DNA from: the human T2T-CHM13v2.0 reference genome, Homo sapiens
NCBI RefSeq assembly: GCF_009914755.1
Contig: NC_060927.1
Strand: one strand, 5' to 3'
DNA length: 64,000 nucleotides
A program made the position numbers and the translations under genes. Positions 51,071 to 64,000 of this stretch are shown one piece after another (position 1 is the stretch's first letter; each line of letters opens with the position of its first letter). Under the pieces are notes generated by a model, which worked only from the letters and a program-made list of their open reading frames with translations, did not search any database and was not told the DNA's origin.

Positions 51071-52590
51071 TACACCCTGTGATATTATTTTTGATATCCT
51101 AGAGAGATATTGCTCCTGACATCAGAGTGGGCGTACACCCTGTGATATTATTTGTAATATCCTAGAAAGATATTGCTCCTAATATCACAGTGGGTGTACA
51201 CCCTGTGATATTAATTGTAATATCCTACAGAACTATTACTCCTAATAATACAGTGGGTGTACACCCTGTGATATTATTCATAATATCTTACAGAGATACA
51301 ACTCCTGATATCACAGTGAGTGTACACCATGTTTGTACACCCTGTGATCTTATTTGTAACAACTTAGAAAAATATTACAGCTAATATCAAAGTGGGTGTA
51401 CACCCTGTGATTTGTTATATACTAGGTAGATATCACTCCTAATATCACAGTGAGTGTACACCATATGTGTACACCCTCTGAAATTATTCGTAATACCCTA
51501 GGAAGATATTACTCCTAATATCACAGTGGGTGTACACCCTGTGATATTATTTGTAATAAGCTAGAGAGATTTGACTCCTAATATTACAGTGGGTGTACAC
51601 TGTGATATAATTTGTAATGTCCTAGGAAGATATTACTCCTAATATCAAAGTGGGTGTACACCATGTGTGTATACTCTGTGATATAATTCGTAATATCCCA
51701 GAGAGATATTTCTCCTAATATCACAGTGGGTGTACACTCTGTGATATTATTTGTAATATCCTAGAGAGATATTGCTCCCAATATCAGAGTGGGTGTACAC
51801 CCTGTGATACTATTCATAATATCTTAGAGATATATTACCTCTAATATCACAGTGGCTGTACACCCTGTGATATTATTCATAATACCCTACAGAGATATTA
51901 TTCCTAATATTACAGTGCGTGTACACAATGTGTGAAGACCCTGTGATGTTATTCGTAATATCCTAGGGGGATATTACCCTTAATGTCACAGTGGGTGTAC
52001 ACCATGTGTGTACACACTTAGATGTTACTCGTAATACCCTAGGGAGAAATTACGCCTAATGTTACAGTGGGTGTACACCATGTGTTTATATTCTGTGATG
52101 CTATTCGTAGTATCTTAGAAAGTTATTATTCCTAGTGCCACAGTGGGTGTATACCATGTGTGTACACTCTGTGATGTCATTCGTAATATCCTAGGGAGAC
52201 AGTTCTCATAACATCACAGTGGGTGTACGTCATGTATGTACACCCTGTGCTATTACTGGTTATGTCCTGGGTAGACATTACTCCTAATATCAGGGTAGGT
52301 GCACACCATGGGTGTACATTCCGTGATGTTATTTGTAATATCCTAAGGAGATATCACTCCTTATGTCATAGTGGGTGTACAGCCTGTGATATTATTCGTA
52401 ATATCCTTGGGACATATTACTCCTGTTATCACAGTGGGTGTACACCCTGTGATAGTATTTGTAATACCCTAGGGAGATATTACCGTATACCCTGTGATAC
52501 TGCTTGTGATATTTTAGGGAGCTATTTCTCCTAAAGTCAGAGTGGGTGTACACCCTGTAATATTCTTCCTAATATCACAGTGGGTGTACA
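51069..52590. repeat. SATR2-like satellite, 63-bp units (some ~77 bp)
   Basis: Unit GGGTGTACACCCTGTGATATTATTTGTAATATCCTAGAGAGATATTACTCCTAATATCACAGT; TACACCC recurs at 51071, 51134 and 51197. Confidence 0.9.
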
Positions 52591-55097
52591 TCATGTGTGA
52601 TATTTTTTCTAATATCCAGCTGGGGAGAGGATAATATTGCTTCCAATATCACAGAAGGTGTACACCCCCCTGTGATGTTGTTCCTAATATCCAGGGAAGG
52701 AGAGGATAACATTATTCCCAATATCACTGGGGGTGTACCACCCCCCGCCGTGATATTGTTCTTAATATCCAGGGGTGGAGAGAATGACATTAATCCCAAT
52801 ATCACAGGGGGTGTACACCACCCCTGTTTGATATTGTTGGTAATATTCCGGGGGGGGGGGGGGGCAGAGAATATTACCTCCAATATCGCAAGGTATGTAA
52901 ACACCCCCTGTGATATTGTTCCTAATGGCCTGTGAAAGAGAAAATATTATTCCCATTATCGCAGGGGGTGTTCACCCCTGATGATATTGTTTTCTAATAT
53001 CCAGGGAAGGAGAGGATATTACTCCCAATATCACAGGGGGTGTACACCTTTTTGTGATATTGTGTCTAACATCCAGGGAAATAGAGGATGATATTACTCC
53101 CAATATCGCAGAGGGTGGACATCCCCCTGGGATATTGTTCCTAATATCCCAATGGGGAGAGGATATTTCTCCCAATATCGAAGGAAATGTATGCCACCCC
53201 TGTGATATTGTTCCTAATATCCAGAGAGGAAAAGAATGATATTACTCCCAACACCGTAGGAAATGTATACCCGCGCTGTGATATTTTTCTCAATATCCAG
53301 CAGGTGAGAGGATCATATTACTTCCAATATCACAGGGTGAGTACACCCCCTCTGTGATCTTGTTGCTAACATCCAGGTTTGGGGAGGACATTACTCCCAA
53401 CATCGCAGGGGGAGTACACCCCCCTGTGACCCTGTTAGTAATTTCCTGGGTGGAGAGGATGATATTCCTCCCAATATCGCAGGGGTGTACACCCCACTCT
53501 GATATTTTTCTAAATATTCAGGGCGGGGGAGGATAATATTACTCCCAATATCACAGAAGGTATACATCCCTCCTGTGATACTGTTCATAGTATCCAGGGA
53601 AAAAGGGATGATACTTTCAAAATAGCCAGGGTTTTCCACGACCCCCGCGCCGTGATGTTGTTCCTAACACCCAAGTGGGCAAAGAATCATATTACTCCAA
53701 ATATTGCAGGTGGTGTACAACCCCCTTGTAATGTTGTTCCTAATATCCAGGGAAACAGAGAACGATATTACTACCAATATCGCACCAGGTGTACAACCCA
53801 CTGTGATTTCATTTCTAAAAACCGTGGGTGAGAGGATATTACTTTCAAAATCGCACAGGTGTACACCCTCCACCCCGTGATATTGTTCCTAATATCCAGA
53901 GGGAGAGAGGATGATATTACTCTTAATATCACAGGGTGTTTTACAGCAATATGACAGGGGGTGGATACCCCCCTTTGATGTTGTTCCTAATATCCAGGAG
54001 GAGAGAGGATGATATTACTCCCAGTATCGCGCGTGATGTAAACCACCCCTGTGATATTACTCCTAATATCCAGGCGGAGAGAGGAAGGTATTACTCCCAA
54101 TATCGCAGCAGGTATACAACCCCCATGATTTGGTTTTTAACATCCGGGGGCAAAGGATGATATTACCTCCCATGTTGCAGGGAGTGTACACACCCCTGTG
54201 ATACTCTTCCTAATATCCAGAGGGCGACAGGACGATATTACTCCCAATATCGCAGGGGTGCACCCCCTGTGAAACACTTCCTAATATCCAGAGGGAGAGA
54301 GGATGGTATTACTCCCAATACCGTACGGGGTGTACACAGCCCTGTGATACTCTTCCTAATATCCAGAGGGAGAGAGGATGATACTACTGCCAATATAGCA
54401 GGGGGTGTACACAACCCTGTGATATTGTTTCTAATATCCAGAGCAAAAGAGGATGATATGACTCTCAATATCGCAGATGGTGTACACCCCTCCTGTAATA
54501 TTGTTCTTAATACGCTGGGAGGGAGAGGATAAGATTACATTCAATATCGCAGGGAATATACACCCTCCCCCTCTGATACCCTTCCTAATATTCAGGGGAA
54601 GAGAGAATAATTTTACTCCCAGTATCGCAGAGGCAGTACACCCCACCTGTGATATTGTTCCTAATATCCAAGGGGGGAGAGGATGATACTACTCCCAATA
54701 TCGCAGGGGTGTTCACATCCCCAGTTACATTTTTCCTAATATCTAGGGGAGAGACAATTATATGACAGCAAATGTCGCAGGGTCTGTACATCCCTTCCTG
54801 ATATTGTTCCTAATATCCAGGGGGGAAGAGGATGATATCAAACATCCAAGGGGGTGTACACCTCCCTCCCCCTACGATATTGTTTTAATATTCATGAGGG
54901 GAGACCATGATATTACTCCAAATATCGCAGGGGTTGTTCACACCCCCTGTGATATTGTTTCTAATATCCGGGTGGGGGAGAAAATAATATTACTTCCAAT
55001 ATTGCAGGTGGTGTATACCCCACCTGAAATATTGTACCGAATATCCAAAGAGGGAGAGGATGGTGTTCATACCACTATCGAAGTGTGTGTACACAAT
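52591..55097. repeat. SATR1-like satellite, ~71-75-bp units
   Basis: Unit ~GGGGGTGTACACCCCCCTGTGATATTGTTCCTAATATCCAGGGGGAGAGAGGATGATATTACTCCCAATATCGCA. Confidence 0.9.
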
Positions 55098-55159
55098 TGT
55101 TGGAGGGCTCATACTACTCTATTTCAAGGTTTACCACGCTAATCAAGGTGGGGTGAAGG

Positions 55160-56250
<1,091 letters not shown>

Positions 56251-56550
56251 AAAGTTAATACCATTTATTATGTATGTAAATCAGATGTTTTAAAAGACTA
56301 TAAAACTAAAATTAGAAATAAACTCGAAGTGAAAATTTGTAAGATTATCCATAATCTGAATTTCAAGCTTTTCCAAACAAATCTATTGTTCATCAAAACT
56401 CAGTTTTCAATGAGTGCTATAAATCTGAACTCATAAAAACACATTTATACCATCAACATACCAGCTTTTGTTTATACACTGGATAACCATACAAATATTT
56501 CAGTTGTAAAAAAGATCCTGAAATTTAAAAGGTTTGACCAAAAAATTATT

Positions 56551-56568
56551 TATGCCACCTAGTGGTGA
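56551..56568 (-). promoter_or_regulatory. Candidate CTCF site
   Basis: Minus strand TCACCACTAGGTGGCATA closely matches the CTCF core CCACYAGRKGGCR. Confidence 0.6.
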
Positions 56569-57544
56569 CTGAGATAAATATGACCACTTAACAACAAATG
56601 AATTGAGGGACTGAAGATGCCTATACTTTTGACAAATAAAACTGGGAGAAAAATGCTGACAATGTGATAACATTTAATATTTGAGATCATGTAACTTAAA
56701 GATACTCAAAAATAAAACATTCCAGTAAAATCGGTTTAAAACATCAATTTAAGAAAGGGGAGCAGCTTTCTGGCTACATGAGCAAGCAGAATATTTTCAA
56801 GTATATTAGAGGATGATGTCCATGTTTATTATCTCCATATTATACCATATCAAACACACAATACCTCCAAATCATTATCTTCATTATGGAGATTTTCTTG
56901 CAATACAATAATTGATTGGAAAAGGGAGGAAAATAAAGAAAGCAAGGAGGGTATTCTTAAATGATGAGGAGAAAATAAAACAAAACTATGGACAAGATTA
57001 GCCATTCCACTTTGTGCAGACTACTGAAAGAACAAAGATGAAGCATGTAGTGGTATAAAGAGAATAAAGGGCTTAGGTTTTCCTCCTTGGCTTGCAGTAT
57101 GCATCCTAGAGCAGAAAACTTGCCTTTCTAAACTCCTATACCAAGATCTATAAACTGACATGACAGAATAAACTTATTATCCCTTTAAATTCTAGTATTC
57201 TACCAGGCAACCACAATAAATATTCCCGAATCCTTAATAAAAAATAATTTTGGTGATATCAATATCAACTTAACACTACAATTAGGAAACAATAGTACTT
57301 AAAGAGTTCATGGCACACAGTAAGCGCTTCATAAATATTAACTATTAGCAGAACAGGAAAAGGTGAGAGAAAACTAGCACACAGTATTTTCTAATCCTAG
57401 TTTTGAGACTATTACACACTTAATACCTTCCTCATAAATGTAAACCAAAAATAATCTGTCATCATTCTATATAAGACAGATGTCTTCACTTATTGTTACT
57501 TAGGGGAAATCAAATCATAACCTTTTAATAAGACACAAGAAAAA

Positions 57545-57734
57545 CTCTCTTTGCACTGATTTTTATTAAACAAGTAAGGCTGGTAGTGGAACATATTTTT
57601 ATTTAATGCATAAACATATAAGTCCCTTATTAGAGAAACTGTATATATTGATGAATATGGTCAATGGTCACATCTATGGGTTAATTCTTTAAAAATCAGA
57701 ACCAATAATTAGGATAGATTTTATGCTCTCTTCA
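57545..57734 (-). terminator. ATG3: ATG3 3'UTR with poly(A) signals
   Basis: Minus-strand AATAAA at 57598-57603 and 57562-57567; downstream U/GU-rich element at ~57530-57544. Confidence 0.75.
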
Positions 57735-57816
57735 TTACATTGTGAAGTGTCTTGTGTAGTCATATTCTATTGTTGGAATGACAGCTTGTACAAATTTCAA
57801 GAAAATAAGAAGATAC
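57735..57816 (-). CDS. ATG3: ATG3 last coding exon
   Basis: ctttag|G TAT CTT...; [26 protein letters not shown] with TAA at 57735-57737. Confidence 0.97.
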
Positions 57817-59305
57817 CTAAAGGTTTTTAGCTAAGGAAAATAAGATTTGTAAATAGTTCTATGTTTTAAGCCCATGTTGTAATTATCCATTTTATTAAGC
57901 CATTAATTTCTCAAAAAAACCCCACAAAATCTTAAATTAAGTCTATTAAAGAATTCAACTATGCAAATTTGTGTCTATTTAACATGAGGCTCTTTAAGAC
58001 TACCTGACCACTCATTCGATTATTGAATTTGAAACTTCTTAATGAGTAGGTGTTCATATAAGCACAATTACTTTGACATAAAAAGGACAAAGCTATACAT
58101 GTTTAAATGAGTACAAAATGTACTCATTTACTAGACTCCTTTAAGTTTGCTAGAGTTATGTCAGAAAATGAGGCAGAATAGACTATAATGAAGTACTATA
58201 GCAAAAGAGAAAAAAATTAAATAAAAATCCTGTATAGTAGACTGATTCTAGGTTAGTGTATGTATTTGCCAAAGACTGAGCTCTACTGGACTGTCTTTAA
58301 TTAAATTCTGAAATTTTTTTATGTTCATTGCACTTAAAAACATTAGGAGCTTACTTTTCATTGGGGGAAACCAATTACTATTATGAATTATATATAGACA
58401 GTCTTCCAAGTTGCTACCTAGCATCCAGCAGAGATGTGCCAGTTAGGCATAATAGGACTTCAGGAGTAAATATGGTTTGGACTGGAAGTTTTTGGTTTGT
58501 TTCAATATCAAATCAGTTCAAAGTTCTTCTTAGGGACACACTTTATTAGCAATGCCCCACAGTCTGATTAGACGTGGCATCTTAGTCTCCACATCTAATC
58601 TAACACATAGTAGCCGAAACCACCACCAAGTCAAGTATTAACCTAGCATCAAACTAATTCAAGCTATCTGGCATGTAAATCATTGATTTTGACTGTTTTT
58701 GATAAATCTATGCTATGAGTACATGTACTTTAGGATCCAACAGTTTGCTTGGGCATTAACTTGAATGTATTACTTTTGTCAATCCAAGAAAACTGAGTAG
58801 GAAAACTATAGTAAGATACAAGAAAGGTGCTACTGTCTTGAGAAAAATGAACGTACTATATTTTAAGAATATCTAAAGCACTTCACGTAGTACATTACTT
58901 TTAATTAACGTATTTGTTTAAGCTGAATTATTTGCTTCAGAGACACCTCAGATTGACACAACCTAATTTTACTTTTACCTGATGGGAAAGTACATTTTTG
59001 GTAACATGTTAAACTGGAAATGTACATAAGAAAAAGATACTCATATTATTATTCTAAATTAGTAGTTACCTCTGTAACAAGGGTGAGCTACTGCTACACA
59101 TGGGGACATGTTCTAATCAACTAAGCAAGGCATAACTATCACAATATAACATTTTCTAAATAAATGAAAGACTTCTACTAGGATTTTCAGATGAGAAGTT
59201 AAAACAAGTTATAGCTACTGTATCATTAAGGTTACACTAAATTTCTCAAAAAAAAAAATCGTTAACAGCCATTTTGCCACTAATCTTACATACAGGGAAG
59301 GATAC
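57817..59305 (-). other. ATG3: U12-type (minor spliceosome) GT-AG intron of ATG3
   Basis: 5' site GTATCCTT; branch-like TTTTCCTTAGC about 13 nt before the AG; no long polypyrimidine tract. Confidence 0.88.
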
Positions 59306-59374
59306 ATATGAACTCCAAGTTCTCCCCCTCCTTCTGCAACAGTCTCAATGATTTTCTTCATCACCTCAGCATGC
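59306..59374 (-). CDS. ATG3: ATG3 penultimate exon (69 bp)
   Basis: ttctag|G CAT GCT...; (R)[22 protein letters not shown](M). Confidence 0.97.
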
Positions 59375-61514
59375 CTAGAAGCCAAAAAAAAAAAAAAATT
59401 GTTAATGTAGATCGATTAGACCGAAAGAAGAAAAACATATTTTCATTTGTAAAGAAATCGACCCTATTACTCTCAGTGAATTAATTTTTAATAGTTATAT
59501 TATAAACTATCTCCCCCACCACTCCCCAATAACTATAAAATATTTATTAAAATAGTTAAATTATAAAATATCTCCCCTCCACTTCCGAAACACAAAAGAT
59601 AACAGATTGTTATGCCATGCCAACAGTTTTACCAGGGGAGGGCATAATCTTAAAAAGCTATGGTAGTCACAGCAGACACCATGGCATTAGTTAGTGTTCT
59701 GATAATTGGGAGAGACAAGGAAGGCAGAAAACCAGAGATGAGGAAATCATTCCAGGAGAAAATGTGGAATGATAGCTGTTTGCTCTAAGAAACAAGAGTC
59801 ATATCAGGCAAATTAAAAAAAAAAAAAAAAGACACATGGTATCAGTTGGACAAAAAAGCAAAGAGGTATCTATAATCTTGTGATCTGGGCTGTTTATTTA
59901 GCTGAGAATAAGCCAAAACTGAGAGGGTTTAAGAAAAGCTAATTGGTTAGAGTTGAGAGGTTTGTATTTGTTTCTTTGTCCTAATAGGTATTCTAAAATT
60001 TATCCAATTCTATGTAAAAATAAATTTTTTGGCTTATAAGAAGAAAGGTATTTATTTATATGAAGTTTTTGTCCTATCTATACATCTTTTCATGGCTAAC
60101 TGTTCTCTCTCCTGTACTATAGAAAAGAGTGATATCAAAGTTAGTATCTAGGCACAGAAACCAAGAAAAAGATAATTTTTAAAGAAACAGTCTTTTTAAC
60201 ATACCTTGGCTTAAATAATGCTGCTTCAGTTTTTACGACTATAATCTTCATGACAGAGACAGTCAACTTAGAATATGAGAGTAAATGTATGATTCCAGAG
60301 GATTTGAAGGCACAATCTGAGGCAGCCCATGGAATGGTCTAAAATGTCCTTGAAGTTTTATTTTATAGGCACTCAGATTTTTTGAAATACTTATATCCCA
60401 TTCCACAATACAGTCATCTATTTTATTAAAATGTTTAACATAATTACCAGTTATTTTTCCCCCAACTGAGTAAAGTTTATACCTCAGAGAGATACGCTTC
60501 AGTTTGATAAGCACCATCCTAAGACCTTAAACCATAAGAGGAATCAAGAGAATAACTCTAAAAACTGAAAACTTTTTAGATTACATAATTCAAAACTAAA
60601 ACTAATGGCTCCTAAATTATTTTTCATAGTTAGCAAAGTTTCAGACATAATAAAACTGAAAAAATGAGCAAGGTCTTCCACGGAGTTAAAGTTTGAGAGT
60701 AAAGAGGTTGCAGAATATGAGAAGAAAATATTAAAGGTTGTTTTTAACTAGAGGGAAGAGAAAACAAAATGTTTCATCTAACTAGTCAACAGAATATGAG
60801 TTTCACTGAAAAATATTGTTACTAGTATGTTACCAGTATTTTCCAGTCAACTGGGAAAGTTATCTATTAGAAATAACCAACCTAAAGAAATTGGCATGTA
60901 GTAACTGTTTTTTAAGAAAAATTCTGAACTAATCATGTATATAGGTTCAGCTTCACAGATTTGGCTCTGTGAAAAAACACTGATACAAAGAAAATCCCAA
61001 CTTATAAAATGCACTTGACTTGCTAAGGCTGACAAGCTCTCAACTGAAGAACATACATCCATATATCTCCCTTCACTAATCAATAAAAGAAAGCAAATAG
61101 GTCACCTAGAAAAATCACAAGGTTAACTCCACAGTCTACATTCACAGAAAGGCAGTCACAACACAGCAAACCATATCTAAATGATGACTATTTCTGAGTC
61201 AAAAACAGAATCTTCCAAACTGTTCTGGAAGCTAAAAAGTGTAGTAAAATCACAAAGATCCATCTATTCTATAAACACCCACAGAGAACAAAAAAATTCT
61301 TAACATATTAAACTTAAAACAAATTGGTAAGTTTTTTTTCCTTTTTCTTATATATTTAAGCACAAGAAAATTTCTAAGGAGGACAAGAGAGAATTTTACT
61401 TTTTAGTAAGAAAATTTTTTTCTGTTAGGGTTCTATGTTTAAAGATTCTCAAGTAATAAATCCATGAAATATACAATCACATCAAAAAATATATTTATCT
61501 CTACATATACAGAC

Positions 61515-61642
61515 CTGCATGGGTGAACTGAACACATGGGAGGTGGTGGCAGATGAGGGTGATTTTCAATGGTCACTGTTTTCTTCACATGATCCTGACT
61601 GATGTCTTCATACATGTGCTCAACTGTTAAAGGCTGCCGTTG
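61515..61642 (-). CDS. ATG3: ATG3 exon with the catalytic HPC cysteine (128 bp)
   Basis: tttcag|CAA CGG...TGC AG|gtctgt; [42 protein letters not shown](R). Confidence 0.97.
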
Positions 61643-61679
61643 CTGAAAGCATAAAAAATGCTTTGAAATTACTATTTAA

Positions 61680-62004
<325 letters not shown>

Positions 62005-62755
62005 TCAGCCTAAATCTCAAGGTTTATAATATATTTAGTTCTCCATCTCACATCACTTGCAATTTAGAATTCTAGACTGTTTAGAATGATTTCTGGGAAA
62101 TTTTACAATTTATTAATATCAAGGGAGGGACAGGAAGGAGTCACAGCCAAGCTCTGTGACAGCTACCCCCAATGCAGAAAAAAAATCTCACAAAAAGACA
62201 AGTTTGTGGCTATCAAAACATTTTATAACTTTGTGGCTCATCTTTTAGACTGACTTTATTTTCTTGTTTCCCATGTATAGCCATAAGAATGACAGGTTAA
62301 ACAAGTTGATTTCCTGTCAATTATCCTTTAATTCAATTAAGTAGATGAGTTTTCTGTCTTAAGGGGAAAAATACATACATACAACAATCCACTCTCTTCA
62401 CATGTGACATGGTCATTCTGTAAATGCCTATATATCCAACTGATGTAATCCCAAACAAAATTTAATAAAATAAACCAAGTTAAATTTCCCTCACATTTTG
62501 AAGGCATAAGCCTTCAAAAAAGGAATATGTAATAGATTATTTCTGTTTATGTCTTAGCATTATTGTTACACTGAATAATTCATAGTTCATTCAAAATAAG
62601 AAAGAATCAAGTTCAACATTAATCATAAAACTGTAAAACAGATGATTTCCAAAATGTGAAACACTGCAATAAATACTCATGGACCTAATGAAGAAGAAAT
62701 TAAAACCCAACAATTTAAAATATTGATATTAAAATATAATGCTTTTCATTTTTAC

Positions 62756-62911
62756 CTCATCATAGCCAAACAACCATAATCGTGGAGTCTGGTAATATTT
62801 ATCATAAGTGATGTAAAGGTCATAAGTTCTGGTTTGCAAAATAGCATCTTCACCGCCAGCATCAGTTTTGGCTTTACAAGCTTCTACTATTTTCCTTGTA
62901 TCTAGGGTAGC
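62756..62911 (-). CDS. ATG3: ATG3 exon (156 bp)
   Basis: ttcag|GCT ACC...GAT GAG|gtaaaa; [52 protein letters not shown]. Confidence 0.97.
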
Positions 62912-63166
62912 CTGAAAATAATAAAAGAGAAAAATTTACAACCATTAAATCGGTATGAATGTGACATTCTAGAAAACTTATTTTTTCCATTCTATATTTT
63001 GTTTTCTTAAGAGTAAATGAACTTGGAACTCAAAGCTACGTTTTATATGCTATAATCAATATGAACAAATTAGAATGTCTTTGAAAGATCAATATATTAT
63101 TAGTAAGAACATGCATCCCCAAGTTCATCCATTAAAAATTAACTAAAGAAAACTCAATTTACAAAC

Positions 63167-63201
63167 CTCATCTGTTTCCAACAATCCACTCTCTTCATAT
63201 T
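63167..63201 (-). CDS. ATG3: ATG3 small exon (35 bp)
   Basis: taacag|AA TAT GAA...GAT GAG|gtttgt; (E)YEESGLLETDE; phase fits the next exon. Confidence 0.95.
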
Positions 63202-63439
63202 CTGTTATAAAAAAACAACAAAAGATTAATCAAGTTCAAGTTCAAGAAAATTCCCTAAACCAATTTAAGTATTACTTCATAGTATCATTCAAAAACTGGG
63301 GTTTTGCCTTTGTTTTTAAGTGAAGATATTGAATAGATAGATATAAGTGAGCTAATTCTATACTTCCAAAGGCGAAAGCCCAGAGAAAGCCAGCATGTTT
63401 AAGGCTTGACATAATAATACTGTAGAGTCCTCAGTGGCT

Positions 63440-64000
63440 CCACAGTGTACACAAGCCTACTTCTATAACTGCGTAGTCATCGGTGACCTCTTCTTTGCTG
63501 AATCCAGTGGTAAATTCCCAGTTTTCATCTTAATTGACCTATCAGGAACATGTGGCATGATTTAGTCCCTTCTCCTTGGAACATACTTTCTTTCCTTGGC
63601 TTTTAAAATATTTTCCTGGCTTTCCTCCCTCATCACTGAGTGCTGTTTCAGTATCTTCTATGCTGGTTCCTCTTCATCACCTCTACTTTAAAAAGAACCA
63701 TAAAATCAAACGCTGCAGTAACCAAGGGCTCAGTTTCTGGACCTTGTCTCTCCTCTAACCACACTTATTTCTGTAACGATTTCATCCAGACTCAATGACT
63801 TCAAATACTGATGACTTTCAAATTTATTCCCTGCCTGCGGACTTGGATTATTTATTTTACGTCTCTACTAAATAACTAATGAACACTGCAAATATCACAT
63901 GTCTGAAACTGAGTTCCTGACTCCCTCTCCAAAGCTAATCACTTTTGATTTTTCCACATCTCAGTTAATGGTATCTTTCTAGAAGCTCAGGTCAAAAACC
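63440..64000 (+). mobile_element. L2 fragment
   Basis: Typical L2 motifs (ctgaatccagtggt...ttgacctatcag..catgtggca...aagctcaggtcaaaaacc). Confidence 0.7.

Overview
Primate (very likely human 3q13.2) genomic DNA, AT-rich and repeat-dense. All recognisable genes are on the minus strand. They are BTLA coding exons 1 (24323-24410) and 2 (4510-4824), separated by a ~19.5-kb intron; an OR7E-family olfactory receptor pseudogene (~49210-50205) next to a ~4-kb palindromic SATR-type satellite (51069-55097); and the last five coding exons of ATG3 (57735-63201), whose final intron is U12-type. The rest is Alu, L1, L2/MIR, MaLR/ERV LTRs and DNA transposon relics. I see no prokaryote-style novel system. 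The most unusual signal is three short local duplications within ~10 kb around the BTLA promoter: a 223-bp inverted copy inside an Alu in intron 1, a 104-bp direct copy, and a ~343-bp inverted copy inside an MLT1 LTR. All three have microhomology or fold-back junctions. Other points of interest are an intron-read-through ORF for a possible soluble BTLA, uORFs at the BTLA start, a homopolymer-dependent C-terminus in intron-retaining ATG3, and a candidate L1 3' transduction. Repeat subfamily names come from remembered consensus sequences, and repeat boundaries without a TSD are approximate.
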